64,000 nucleotides of DNA from Dicyema japonicum (Eukaryota; Animalia; Dicyemida): the NCBI GenBank assembly GCA_011109175.1, contig RDEW01000021.1:259080-323079 (forward strand). The letters run 5' to 3'. Positions 12,401-25,699 of this stretch are shown here, one piece after another. Position 1 is the stretch's first letter. Each line of letters begins with the position of its first letter. The notes beneath the pieces were generated by a model. It ran no database searches. It was not told the origin of the DNA and worked only from the letters and a program-made list of their open reading frames with translations. Made by a program: the position numbers and the translations under genes.

Positions 12401-15400
12401 CCAGAATATTTGGCTGGCAATAGATGCAGTCACTTCCATATGAGAAAGAGATGTCTGAGTCGCTGCATATTGGGAGAATCATTTTCTTTAGTTGTACCCT
12501 TCCATTCGATTTCTTGAACTCCACAAAGTCTTCAACACTGGAAATAATTGCCGAAAGGTCCATTTGAGTCTCCGAGTCCGAGTGTGTTAAGATTTTATTG
12601 GCATACTTCTCTTTCATTTGGGACAAATAGGAATACAAGTCTTCTTCCCAGTTAACTTGGAAGAGGTTGAGGAATTCGGACAGAGGTTCAAGAAAGTTTG
12701 TGAGATACAAGCAATTACATTTGAAATCAACGAAATAGTGGCCATTCCACAGCCAATTTCTCGGAAATTGAGATAGCAGACCATCCGGGTCCACTAAGTG
12801 GGAGTTAATCCTATCAAATAGCTCTGAGTAGTATTCCTTGACGTATTTGTTAAATTCCGCAGACGTGGCCGATTGGGGGTACTTCATAATGTTCGAGTAA
12901 TGGTCCTTGACGTCGTGTAAGGGGGGAAAGTTATTAATCCCAAGAATCGAGGCAAGCTTCGTGGAGAAGGTAAATCTGTGGACCCCACTAACACTCCCGA
13001 TAAAATTTAAATTTTCCCGCAGCTCAATCTCCGGTGGAGAGAAGAGGGACTGGCTTAGAGTCTTTCCGTGCCATGGCAGAAACTTTGGGTATCCTGGAGG
13101 AGTTTGGATGATACTAGGAAGCCACTTTGCGGTGATCAAATAATCTTTGAGTTGTAAATTGTCAATTTTCTGGAATAAGAGATCTTGGTTCGATTCCAAT
13201 AAACTCAACAAACTTGAGATTTGGTCAAAATGAGGTTCTTCCCGGGTTTCGCCATATTCAACGATATTTTTGATATCAGCTGCGGTTATGTCTCCCCAAT
13301 TAAACTTCTGGCGAGGTATACGGCGGTCATTTTGATTTTTAGTTTCCTCCAAAGCCAAAAACTGATCTTTCATGTTCTCATCGACTTCGCTTATTTTTTC
13401 AAGGTACTCCCCGTTCCCGAGTCGAGTATTCGTCGTCAACAATGGTCCACCGACATATAACTTGGCGGTGTGTAATCGGTTTTCAAATTAAATTTGGAAT
13501 TTTGGTCGTAAAAAGAGACGCTGTATTTTCTTTGGTTTTTTAAATTTTTATTGATCGATAATTTGGCGTTTTTGAAAATAATTTCTGATTCCATGGCATT
13601 ATTTTCAAATCCGACTGAATTGAGCAGTTCGTAGGTTTTCATTGGCATTTGTGAGTCCACGATGAAGGTCAGAAAAGAAGTCCGAATATTTTCAGGAACT
13701 TCGAAGATTCTACTCTTTAGTGCTTGGCACCCTTTCTTGAACCTCAGTCTCTAGGATCTCCATAACCCCTCTTTTATTTGGTTTGCGGATATATATTCGG
13801 TTTGGTGAGTTCATCCTCATCAAAGTCTCGACTATGAGAGGATCCTCCACAACGGGGGAATCCAGATATTTTAAGAGAAAGCAGGCATTTTCATCTATGC
13901 GTTCATTTTCGTACGAAGATGCGATGAAATCATTATTTATGCTTGAAACGTGAATTCGTCCACCAGAGTCCATGGAAGGAACCAGGAGAACCTCGGATAT
14001 ATTGGAAATGCTGTGAATGGACCAATTCTGTACAATTTTCCAGGTCAGGCTTATATTTTTCTCCAAACTCTGGCCCTCTTTGTGCTCAACTTTCAGGTTC
14101 TCATTTTCCAGTAACTTTTCATCAATCCTGGTTCTAATGAGCTTTGGAAGATCAGTGTCGTCGATAAAGCAGAGTTGAGTGAGGCCTGAACTGACTATTT
14201 TACGTATACCTGATGAAGCTACCTGGTAGAGCATTTCTTGGAGTTCTGAGGGGATGTTAGAGTCGATGAACTTGTCCTTAAATATTTCAACAACTTCCGA
14301 GTCAACTTCGTTTGAATTCACGAACAATTTGCGGTCGTCATGGTTTCCCCTGAAGAGAGAAAAATTTCCGTCCATGGTAGGCGCCAATTGAAGACCGATT
14401 AGATCTCTTTGGAATTAGAAAATCATGCTTACTTGAAGTCGCTTTCAGTCACCAAAAATCTCAACAGCAATAATCTCTCGTCACGGGACAAAAAGTCTAG
14501 CGAGAAACCGCGAATTAAAAAACCCACATTTGATTGGGTCAAATTTTTTAATTTCTCATTAAAAATTATTTTTAGGGATTTGACCACGTGGGATGGAACA
14601 ATGGCGACTGGTTCTCTGCATTTCGAGGTTATTTTCACAATAAGGTCCGTAAATGTGCTCCATTTTGTCTCGTTGAATATAAAAATCCTCAATGCATCAG
14701 TCCAGCAGCCTCCATACTGGTCTTCCATGTAAACGGCAGTCGTACTCGTTAGGATTCTTTTGAGGATATTGTTTGCCAAAATAGAGAATTGAGGATTCAC
14801 GGCTTCTGGATTCGGGAATAAGGAATATATGAAATATGGCTGGACCAGCCTTTGGTCCATAAACTCCTTCAATAAAGTCGCATAAGCCAAGGGAAGCCAG
14901 TTTTCGATGATCGATGAGTTCCAGAAAGTGCTGCTGTTTAAATTGAAGATTGAGGTCTCATAATTAGGGGAATGAATGCTCGCATTCAGAAATACAGGGA
15001 GTACAGCGTTGAACTCCAAATAATCGCGGAAAACATAAAGGTGGTTAGAATTCGTTGTGAAGAAGTCGGGGTCACTCACGGACGCACAGGCAGACACAAC
15101 CACCCTGCTTATTTTGGAGTTAATATGAAAAGACTTGGGCTCATATAAATTGGGGAGAATAAAAACGACCAAAAAATTGAATATTTCCGTTGCATTGTGG
15201 GAGACCATTTCAATCGGAATATGGGAAACGGTGGTAATTTGCTCACTTCCAAGGTTATTTTCTTTCAATCTGAATTTGATGGAATTTCTGAATTTTCTTA
15301 TATCCAAAAGAGAGGAGGATGCGATTGAAATGGTTAGTTTTAACTCCAAGGTATTTCCGATGAGATTATAGAAGGCGATCTTTTCGACGGAGAACATAGA

Positions 15401-16145
15401 AAACAAGAGTTTGGGGCCTTCAGCTCCGAGTTGTTTGATCCATTTTAGTTTGATTTTCGAATTTTGCGGTTGAAAATCGATTCTGAATATAAATCATAGA
15501 TTTAACTTGAATATAGTCCCGTGATGTATTGGTCGTTAATTATATTATTTGGGAGCCATTCTAGAGATGAAATCCTCAGGAGTTTATCGAATTCACTTCT
15601 GTGGAGTGCCTTGTAATCATTTATATTTTGAAAATTTGAAAATCCAGTTTTGGTGGCGTTTTTATCAATTCTTACTATTTTATTTCCGCTCCAAATGGTA
15701 GTCAGGTCTGGGATTATTTTACACTTACTACTAAATCTAAGAAATGTCACCGACTCTTGGGAGAAGGTTTTATTCAGGAAAGTCTCCGTTGACTCTTGAA
15801 AACAGTCGGAATTGAAAAATATATAAAGTGACCCCAACTCCTTGAATTATGTTTAAAGACTTGTTACTAAATCTGTAAATTCGGTCAAACATTGCATATT
15901 GTTCGCATTGGATTTCTCGGCGATAAGAATGAATTCCTTAAATCTTATTAAAGTTAATTGATTAAGTTAAAAGTGTTCGAATATAAGAGTACTAACTCGA
16001 ATAAGTCGATAAATGAAATCTGGCTCAGCCTCACTTTCAAAATCATCCCCGTTGGAGTAAAACTCTAAAATATACTTTACGGACTGATAATAAGATGACT
16101 AATTATACCTGAATCCGAGTGACTTTCAAGGTTTCCCTTAAGCAT
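3441..16145 (-). CDS. SACS: Sacsin-like giant protein (~4000 aa): three sacsin repeat regions, DnaJ, HEPN; several 1-nt frameshifts
   Basis: Consecutive long minus ORFs with sacsin-type motifs (WVYFEGNF..CPPYIYKV..LLQKLG; LHQTIPHNIAASLGI; TTVFRFPL; GTLIRCPL); J-domain-like RKKLIKKLLLKW-PDKNP near 4150-4200; HEPN RTWFSQAVSDL...CQ|AAEKAIKA across a 23-nt intron (3746-3768); putative ATG 16145, stop ~3441. Confidence 0.85.
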
Positions 16146-16389
16146 ATTTACCTGGGACTTTTCGATTTAATATTAAAATAGCAATACTTCTTAATTTAGC
16201 GTCCGTTACTTATATATATCGTAATTGCAGTGAGAACCGTCAATATAATTATATTGTTAATAATAAACATTTATTCGATACTTTATCGATAGTAAAGCAT
16301 ATTCGCTAAGAAACTACCTGATATTTCCCGTTTGGGCAAATGTCAAACTGTTAGAAGTATGCTTCATGGCTGTCTATGTTGCCTGCTGA

Positions 16390-16920
16390 AGAATTAGGTT
16401 AATTGCTGCCTGACCCATTTGAGGACCTTTTTTGGTGTTCCCTTTGGTCTTGGTTCCATTCGTGTGCTTCAAACTAATATATCAAGGCTGAGATCTTACT
16501 TCTCGAGATTTCAATTTGACAAGGCCTTTTCCGATGCTTGGAATCTGCGGGAGGAGTTTAAATGTGCTATTGTAGAACATTGGATGACATGGAGGGAATC
16601 CATCCTCTTTCCTGCTAAATGAGGTCTAGGAGACTCCCCAGACACACCTTCCTCAACGAAATCATCGTTGGAGTTGACTAGTTTTTCTCCTCAGATAGAG
16701 ACAACAAGACTTGGTCACTTCCGTTTCTTCTCAATCACCTTCAAAACCTATAAGTGGGTGGAAATTTGGTAAAAAAAGTCAACGCAATTCGGAATGTAAT
16801 CGGTACGCGTCTCAGAGATCTTCGTGAACAAAAATGTTTCTCAGCGTATTGGCATCGCCATCGTTTGCGGAACCCTCACTGTCTCTTACAGTTGATGCCT
16901 GATTTTATCCTACTGTTTAA
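16390..16920 (+). mobile_element. Degenerate CRE-like (REL endonuclease) non-LTR 3' remnant
   Basis: Fragments EGIHPLSC..RLPRHTFLNEII and SQRIGIAIV match the zinc-finger/REL C-terminus of the better copies at 51177 and 57135. Confidence 0.6.
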
Positions 16921-17239
16921 TAAATGTTGAGTTTAAAAAATGTATCCACCATGAGAACGCTATTTAGGAATGACTTAGACCAATAAATCTGCAGTAAAAT
17001 TGAGTCAATCTTTGTTGCATATTTAAGTCTAGTCTATTGAGTTTATCTGATAATGTATTATATCTTGCTAAGGCTGCTGATTAGAACTCACCACAAAATA
17101 TTTAGAATTTTAGATTTTTAGGTTTAGGCAATCTTCCAGTCATCGAATTTAGGATTGCTAAGGCACACTTCAAGAAATAAGTAATTTCCCTCTTAAAACA
17201 GATGTTGCAGATTCATGAGAATCAGAAGACATCCGTTTC

Positions 17240-17340
17240 CCCCTGGTCCTTTCAAGTGAAGGAAACCGATGGCTAACAGGAAGGTAACTACCAAAAGCAG
17301 ACGCTCCCAAAGATCCGTAAGGTATATCTGGTATTCATGC
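17240..17340 (-). repeat. Dispersed repeat, copies at 21335-21410 (+) and ~33250-33280 (-)
   Basis: Shared CGGATCT.TGGGAGCGTC...TGTTAGCCA..GGTTTC.TTCACTTGAA.GGACC. Confidence 0.65.
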
Positions 17341-17699
17341 TGGTCACCTGCTCGTGGAGAAATCCCTTTTTGTAGCTAACAGACCTAGCTTCTCTCCCTT
17401 ACCAGAAACTACCAAATAGCTTGTTTGGTAGTGGCTACAGAACGAGTGCCATTCCACCGATCCCAGATTCAGGGGACGTAAAAATTCGAATCTACTTGTT
17501 CCTCCATAATTTGTTAAATTGTAAGTCCCCCAAAGTATTTGAACGAAGCTGTCCTCAATCGGTTGGATTTATAGTTATGCTTTTAAAATAGGAATTTATG
17601 GTCAATAATTGTTTTCAGTTATTACGAATCAATATTTATTGAAATTGGCCAATTAATTTGGCTTATTGATCGATTGTACCTAATAAATTCACACTTTAC

Positions 17700-18390
17700 A
17701 ATAAACCACCACTTAACATTTTTCTAGTCAAAGGTGCAAACTAAGAACTTTAGATCATCCCCGTTAAAATGGGAGATAGGCTTCGAGCAAAATTGAACCT
17801 CTTCCTGCTTTGAAAATAAAAGAGGCAAGGTACATAGCGGATCTTTCAAACATTGAAAACGCCCCCTATTCCACATGTACATTGTTTATCTAAGATTTTT
17901 TTATTGTCCCCTTGTTCCTCTTCGTGGAGACGTTTACAAGTACCAATAAATTTTGTTAGACGAGATCCGAACCTGAGCAGTGTATCGACGATTCCTCGTT
18001 CCGAAACTTCGTATATCTGATGTCTCCGACTCCATCATTTCACCCATCCGCGTAATTGAAACGAGAGATTGCATCCACTTTGAGGGGATGTACGCCATCG
18101 CCTCAATCTTCCGATTCATTAACCACGTGTCTAACTCTCCTAGTCTTTCTCATAAATCTTACTTTTTTGATGGAATTAGCAAGGGACGTACATGCTACGA
18201 CCTAATAAGCGGATTTCTAGCGTCCGAGTTCAGTCCGCGGTCCCTCAAAGTCGTCCAAAGAGTATAGTCGGCGAAAGAAAATAACATTTATGTGTTCAGC
18301 TTTGATGAAGCGATTCAAGTGTTGATCAAGGTCAATCAATGAGGATAAAATCAATTAATAGATGAAGTACAGAAAGCATTATTTCCATTA
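17700..18390 (-). CDS. Probable micro-intron gene of unknown product, divergent from tektin
   Basis: Coding-like composition and several 23-25 nt GT-AG candidates; no continuous model could be built. Confidence 0.3.
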
Positions 18391-18488
18391 GTTTTGACGT
18401 TTTTGTACAAAAAAATAATTTTTTGGACTCTAATTGTGATCTATAAGTAAAATTATGCACTCCAGTGGAGAAAGTTTGGCAATCGGCT

Positions 18489-19921
18489 ATGAATAATTTC
18501 TGTGAGTTACCTCCCAGACTGAATACATTTTGTTGCTCTAACCCTGGTGGGATCCAACAGAAATCCAATCGAAAATACAAGGACTTTAAAACTTCAGGGA
18601 TCGCTCGTCTCCCGCTTATTTCCCCAATGCAGAGAAGTAGCAAAGTCAGTTATCAGAAATGGACCTCGACGTTGGACAAAAATTTTGACTTTTACGACAA
18701 ACTACAGAAAGAATCCGATCAAATTCAAAAAGAGTCATTTCATATGTGTGAGACCTCAAAAAACACGTGCAAACGGGTGACTCGCGAATTAACGTTCCAC
18801 TTCGATTCGAGGCTCAATGAAGTAGATCATTGGATAAAAGAAACTCAAAATAATTTATTTTTACTGAACAAAGTCCATGAGCAGTTGGTGAGTACTGGAG
18901 TGCAAGTACGTTTTAACATTCAGAAAATAAGCATCCCCTTCACAGTTTCCGCCAAGTGCATGGGCTGGCTTGAGAATCAATTGGCGGATCACCTCGAGGA
19001 CCAAGAGGTCGAAATTCAGCTAAAAACTGTATTATTTTAAATATTTATGATAGGAGTTGGAACTCATCGAAAATTTGAAGTGTGAGTTTGAGGACACGTG
19101 GCAAAAAGTGGATGAACAAAAAATGTATTTCTCTTCGTTTGAAATCAAGCAAAACTCAAAAAATGCTGAATAAACTGAAAAACGAATTGTATGAAAAGAC
19201 TACGGCATACAGCATCGACAGACACTGCCGATATATGACGGTCTCCAACAAACCCAACAACCCCCAAAAATATGATTCACGGAGTTTATCGCTATCACGG
19301 AAAAATTGGATTGAGAAAGTAGAGCTTATATTGGACGAATCATCCTCTTTAATCTCATCGGGGAAGTCGTTGGTCAAGCAAGTCAAAATAAATACTAAAT
19401 TCATTCACGGGAGACTGAAATCTCATTGGAATGAGGTGAATCATACAATTTTGTCACTTATTCGGGAGAGATACGACTCCCGTTTAAAATTGAAAACTAG
19501 ACTGGAAGGGGTCTTTCGGTACCTAAGATTATAGATTTTGAAGCAAATCGCGGAGATCAGATGTACCATAATGTTGCTGAGTGGTCGAAATTGGAGAAGG
19601 AAGCCCCCAGAAATTAGTGAAATATCAACGAGAGGTACACTCTTGTAGACCGAAAATGGAAAATTACTACGATAGTCTCGAAGATAAGTAATATAAGGGA
19701 TGAAACGTGATAGGTTGGTGGAAGAGTCACGTGTCTTGTCAGAAGATACAAGTAACCTAGACAAAGGATTAAATTCGGCAATGAAAATGCTAAAAAATCT
19801 TCTTTCAGTGAAAGACGAAATTTTAAATGAATTATTATGTCACAGTCAATCCTTATTTGTGTTGAACGACCAATGTCTGTCGGCCAGAAAGTCGGTAATA
19901 ATTAATGAGACTAACAACTAA
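18489..19921 (+). CDS. Tektin family ciliary coiled-coil protein
   Basis: Motifs EVEIQLK|ELELIE, EKTTAYSIDRHC and signature-like RPKMENYYD; introns 19029-19053 (25), 19125-19149 (25), 19511-19534 (24), 19688-19713 (26); indel(s) near 19580-19610. Confidence 0.85.
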
Positions 19922-20302
19922 AACTAACGAATTCTTAACATTACAACGAAAATTCAAGTTTCATATATTTAGTCATGTCTCAATTCGATTTGAGGGCTTG
20001 AGTTTCCTGAAAACCTTAGATAACCCAGACTGCAGTTCTGGACTTTTTATCGAATTGGATAATCTAAGCGATATACGAGTTCACTCAGCATCTCAACTAG
20101 ATCTCTCGATGGGCAGAAATCCCAAACAGCGAGCATTTCTTTAGTTTAGCTACATTTTATTGCTTTGTCTCGCTCTAAAATTGATCATAGGAACTCCTTA
20201 GCTTACCTAATCATTGGAAACTTCTTGTTCGTGAATAGAAGGAGTAAAGAAAAACTGAACAATTAGTCTGTAAACAAAAGAAATTCAGCTTTCTGGGAAA
20301 TT

Positions 20303-21222
20303 TTAAAACAAAAATTCCCTAACATGTTCCACAAATCCTTCCAAATCTTCCAAATAAGGCGAATGTCCGCAATTCTTCATATAAATAACTTTGTTATTGG
20401 GAAAATGTTTCTCCAGTCTCTTAACCTTTTCAGGACTAGGCATAAGGAAAAGGGGAACCTCATCATTTTCGACTTATCTCCCCCAATAAAGAGAGTTCTT
20501 CCTTCAAAATTTCCGGAAATGTCAAATTTCGTGATGGAAGCAGTATCGTAGAACTTCTTCAAAGATCGGACATTAAAATTGAGCCGATATCTCCTAGTCA
20601 TCGGCACAGGCAGAATATTCTTCTGTAGAAACCGTTCCAATTTATCGCTCTATGATAAAGAATACGGATGAACCATGATCAAAGAGTTCGTTGCCGATAT
20701 GACGTCACTGATGACGTTATCAGAGGAAGAATCTTCAGAGTATTCATTTAGCTTTGTCTCGATATCAACGAGAGTGTTTAGGAGCATTTCTATTTTCCCG
20801 TTTTCTGTGTAAAAGGGGTAATATCGACAATGATGAGATCTTCGACTAAGTTAGTCTAATGACCCTAGTCTCCTATACGAATTCAACTTTTTGAAGGGAA
20901 TACGAAAACGCCACAAGTCCTCCATGCTATGGCCTAATATGCTGATTCTGTAGTGCCCCAGTTCGGTCCTCAGTTTCTCAAGGTCACTTACCATTGATTC
21001 ACAATCATTTTCGTCGGAATATTCGCTTTCTCCATGATTTCTAGCATCGATTGAAACAACCTTAATGTTTTAAGCAATTACCTGTATACCATAACCACAG
21101 AGAATTTCAGCTACCCTAATCCAGTCCTTTTTTGTGCACAATAACCCATGAAGGATGTAAACCGGGTATTCATATGCTTTCATCAAAGGGGTGCGTATTT
21201 CATAAGACAATTTGGCACACAT
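20303..21222 (-). CDS. ABHD11: Alpha/beta hydrolase, ABHD11-like
   Basis: PVYILHGLLCTKKDW, VVSIDARNHGES, ILGHSM(G)G (one G missing), LIIVDITP, TLFIGG, NCGHSPYLED..FVEHVREFLF*; micro-introns. Confidence 0.8.
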
Positions 21223-21429
21223 CAAATTAAGTAATCTATTTGAATTAATTTTCTAATTATTTATTATTTAATCGATTTATGTAATGATTAATCAAAATAA
21301 TACCACCTACTAGTTCTCTATAGAACATACTTGTCGGATCTCTGGGAGCGTCCACTCTTGGCTGCAACGTTTTTGTTAGCCACTGGTTTCTTTCACTTGA
21401 AGGGACCGGAAGTAAATAAAATGATTTTG

Positions 21430-22100
21430 AGTCACGTGGTGTACCCGTGCAACGTTAGCGTGGTTCCATGTTACTACATGGTTAAAGATTTCTCCTTTCT
21501 TATGTTCATCCTTGATTCTATATAGTGGCGTCATGTGAACCACCAGTCTCAGGTGACCCCAGTGTTAGGGCCCTACGAAAAGGACCATTTTCTCACCCCA
21601 ATCCGCTGGAAGGGTTCCCACAACTGCGTGGACTGAATGTTTTCTTCTTTTTCCGTTGGTTATGAATGACTTATCTGACATTTCGAAAAGGAAAAGGGCA
21701 AATCTCCATAGGGAATAAGCGTATTCGATAAGCTGAAAAATTTTTTGGTAGTAAACCTGATGATACAGGCTGCAGAACGGAGCGGGCTCTTCTTTACAGT
21801 GAGTGGTCTTTCAAACGTTCCACTTGCTAAGCCCCTTGGTCGTCAATTTCTTAGCGTAACTAGAGTGACTGTCGAAAGTGACTCCAAGGATCTTCTGAGA
21901 TTGAGTTGTAGGTATCGGAACATCCCCAAGGAATAATTCAAAACCACTCTTATAGTTCCTGTCATATTGAACAGGGTGAATTGAGATTTTACTCTCTTAA
22001 CCTCTTTCTCGTAAATTAATATAGTCTGGGAGTTACTAGAAGTTGGGATCACTTAATAGGTTTTGATTCCTTCTTCCTTGGTGGTCTTGGAGTTTCTGAA
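21430..22100 (-). mobile_element. Internally deleted LINE remnant with conserved 3' repeat
   Basis: APE-start-like FRYLQLNLRRS; 3' part matches the repeat family at 52840-53040. Confidence 0.5.
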
Positions 22101-22951
22101 ATAAAATAAATGAAAGTGAGGATGATGGCTTACTGTAAGAAAGCTTGTGACTTTCCTTCGTATGTTCAGCTTATTGTTGATTAACTGTTAGGTTGGTACC
22201 CAATAAAGATCAGACCCTTCCATACAGGACCCGTGAATTTTTTAAACTTATAATTTTCTAAGTATTTTTAATACTAAGAAAAATAAAATTATTTTTTATA
22301 TTCTAAGGTTAAAAATTTAGTTTATCGGATCGGCTCAATGATCCAAAGGGTCACCAAGGATCCACGTGAAACTGAATGCCTTCGAGATTGTATCTCGACA
22401 GTTATTCTCAGAGGAAACATCATGGCCATTCAAGCTCCCTAAATAAGTGCTCTTTTGACTGTTTAATCTAAAATTAATTAAATTAAAAAAAAGTTTATAG
22501 GTTAATTTTTATAGAAAGCACAGGTGTATTCCACGAGTGTGTAGAAAGTGCGTTGGGTCACGAGAGGAACATCGAGAAAAGTTGAGAAGGCTACTAAAGG
22601 AAGTTGGAATCACCTAGTGGGCGTGTTTCCTTCTTAACTGAGCTGTGATTATTGGTTTAAAAATGTTTATAGGAGCAAAGGTGAGATGGCTGCTCAAGGA
22701 GGCCTGGATCACCTTACAGTCACGTATTTCCTTGTATTTTGTCGGTGATTCTTGGCTTTAAACTAAAAATAAAAGCTAAATCTTTATGATTAAAAATTTT
22801 AAAATGTTTGCCTAGTAATAAGCCTACTGTGAGACGAACTAAGTAAATCAACAAATTTGAAGGCAAAAACGAGAACTAGTCCTCAAGGCATCAGAAGGCT
22901 GAAAATGAAGGGATTTGTGTGACTTTAAAGTGAGTGAAGTAATAAAAATTT

Positions 22952-23662
22952 TTATTTATTAAAAGTTTTATTATAAGCAGAAGTAAAGGCAGGAGGAAAG
23001 GGGAAACAATTGACTTCAATAAACTTGAATTTGGAGACTAATTCTAGTAATAATTGATTCACAGTTACCTTCCGTGAAAAGATGTCCACAGTGCGGGGGT
23101 GGAGTTTTTGGGACAACTAGGGAATGTTGATAGCATGGAGGTAGAATTTTAGGAATAATTGGAGTAATTTTGGTAACGATTAGTTTGGAGATATCCTTCT
23201 GAATAAAAGGAGGGGGCATGGATGAGACTGGACATGGTGGTAGTGGTGCCTTTTTTTTCATGTTGTTTGGCAGTTTGTGAGGAGGTACAGGAACTGGAAT
23301 CTTCGGGATATGAGACTTTGGTTTGTATAAAGCCACAATCTTCTTCGGATCTGGTCTTCGCCTTGGTGGAGGTATTGGGGGAGCAGGCTTTTTTGGTAAC
23401 TTTGGAATTCCGATATAAGGTGGTACTCTTGTACTCGATGGTAAAACTGGTTTAACACGTGGGGGAACGGGAACGTTAGGAGGTATTGCTGAAGGTATGA
23501 AAAGATTTTTAAGCAAATTGTACCCTAAAATCAGTGAATAGTGTTACCAGGCGGGTTTTTAGCCACGTGGATGATAGAGCGTTCCTTACAGTTCGAATTC
23601 CGAATATTACTTATACTTTTCTTGTACAAATCGTACTGAAAGAATTTAAATTTTCCTTTCAT
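22952..23662 (-). CDS. WIP/verprolin-like proline-rich protein (220 aa)
   Basis: Three exons (introns 23525-23547, 23 nt; 23044-23068, 25 nt) give an open frame; Pro-rich body; last exon EELVSKFKFIEVNCFPFPPAFTSAYNKTF resembles the WASP-binding motif of WIP. Confidence 0.55.
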
Positions 23663-24396
23663 TTATTTTTGACGTTGTTTTTTCATTATATTTGGAATTT
23701 GGCAAGCAATAATGCCAATTTTGGAAATATACGGAAATTTATTTCTCTTTATGACAAGGAAAAAAATAAGATTTTAGAAATTTTATAAAAAATGAATTTA
23801 TTGATACCAGAATACTACTGGAACTCTAAAAAAGTTTCCCCCATTTGAAAACCCATACTATCTTTGAGACCCTAGTCTGGAGGACTGGGGCATATTTGAG
23901 TGAGCTCACTCAACCCCATATTGTACAGCGAGAATATGATAGTGCAGGTAATCTTGTAAAGAACACTGAGTTAAGATGAGTTGGCTACTGAGAGAGGTTG
24001 GGATCACATAACATGTCTCCCACTTAATTTAATGGTGATTCGATAGTCTTATAAAGATATCTTCTTAAGTCACCTGCTATAAGGGTCCTGTAGAGTAGAG
24101 AATTTTATTTATTAATCTCGTGGAACAAGAATAGACAGGTAACAGAGTAAAGGAAGAAAAACCTTCAACTAAGTAGTCAGTGGAGGAAATCGAGACCAAT
24201 ATTATGGCATACATCCTACTATTAAACCATCAGTCAGAGTCGAGATCCTCAAAGCAGTGAATAATTCTTTTTATATATTTTCAATTATTTGATTTTTTTG
24301 AATTTATTTAATCCATATTTAAATGTTATTTATTTAATTTATTTAAAAAAATTGTAATAAAATAACTAAAATAAAATAAAGTAACCAAGAGACATA

Positions 24397-25612
24397 ATGG
24401 TTACCTTAGGGATCATAATCTTAGACGAATATCCACGATGAGCATTACAGTTATGTTGCCGAGTGGTTTGACGAGAGGGCATGTCTCATAAGGAAATATA
24501 ACTTGTGCTACTACCCCGGGGATTCATCACTTGAGATGGTTCATTTTGAATGCTTAGTAACTAGTATGACGTAAAAAACCAGAGGATATTCCTTAAAAGA
24601 TCCGTTATTCGCGGAATCGGAGATAAGGACATATATTTGGGTGGGATTATAAATGTGTATGGACGACAGCTAAACCTGACGGAATATGGCGATAAATTCA
24701 CGGAACTTGAATGCAGTGAAAAGTCCGAAAAGTGAGGATATCCCTTAAATATAGAACATATGGGTTAATCTATGGAAGCGGGCTGGACCAGCTGGGCCAC
24801 ATATTGGAGCTTGCAGAGGCGGCGAATCTTATAATAGTGAATATTAGGATGGTCAGTCTAGACGACCATTCAGTTAACTCAGGGTACCAAATTTTGCAAA
24901 ATGAAGACCTTATTCCGGCAAAGCAGTAGGAATCGAGATGAGAGGTAAGGATGCCGTGGCAAGATGGCTTACAATAGTCGGGGACATTAGTAAGAGGTAT
25001 ATTATAATGCTAGAATGCGGCTTGTGTGCATCCCCCGAGGTTGAGGATCTACTTAAAACCTATTCAGCCACAGCACAGCTTAATAATTGCTCATGTGCAA
25101 TTATTAAGCCTCACTCGATCAAGAATGGTGATATTTGGGAGTACTATGTTAGGGTATATGGGGAAGATCATCCAGTTCATCCAGGATAACAACTTTGAGA
25201 TCACCGCATTGGGGATGTTTAATTTGAACAAAGCTAATTCTGCGGAATTTTATGATATTTATAAGGGTACGCTATTTTGGAGGTATAGAAGGGGTTCTAT
25301 CTCAATACTCAGAGATGGTCGAGGAACTGTCTAGCGGACCCTGTGTTGTCCTCGAAATCCAATACCCTGGCGTTTCTGACATCGTCAACATGTTCAGGTC
25401 ATTATGTGGTCCGTATGATCCTGTAATGTTTCGGTTTTATTTCGAATAGGAAATTGCGCTTCATTTACGCCCCAACAGCCTGAGAGCCAAATTTGGAGCG
25501 AACGTTGTACAAAATGCGGTCCACTGCACTGATCTGCCAGAAGATGGAGTCTTGGAAGTTTTATTTGCTTATATTTTAGAACGAATATTTCTTTCGAATT
25601 TTATCCCACTAA
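24397..25612 (+). CDS. NME7: Nucleoside diphosphate kinase 7 (DM10 + NDK domains)
   Basis: DM10 YVAEWFDERACLIRKYNLCYYPGDSSLEM|YDVKNQRIFLKR; C-terminus IIKPH...FRSLCGPYDP|EIALHLRPNSLRAKFG..NAVHCTDLPEDGVLE|NEYFFRIL; nine introns of 22-27 nt. Confidence 0.93.
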
Positions 25613-25699
25613 TATTACTCACAACTAGTTGGTTATAATTTTCGTTTAATAATGTTTCATAAATATTACTTTAATTTAAATAAATAATTAAAATATTTT

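Noticed and set aside
4527-15371. Many short plus-strand ORFs over the sacsin gene (and minus-strand ORFs over the RTE)
   Set aside because: Antisense shadows of long coding regions with no motifs.
18150-18330. Weak cyclin-box resemblance and a possible GA-AG 23-nt intron
   Set aside because: Needs a frameshift plus a non-canonical donor in an indel-prone assembly; not supportable.
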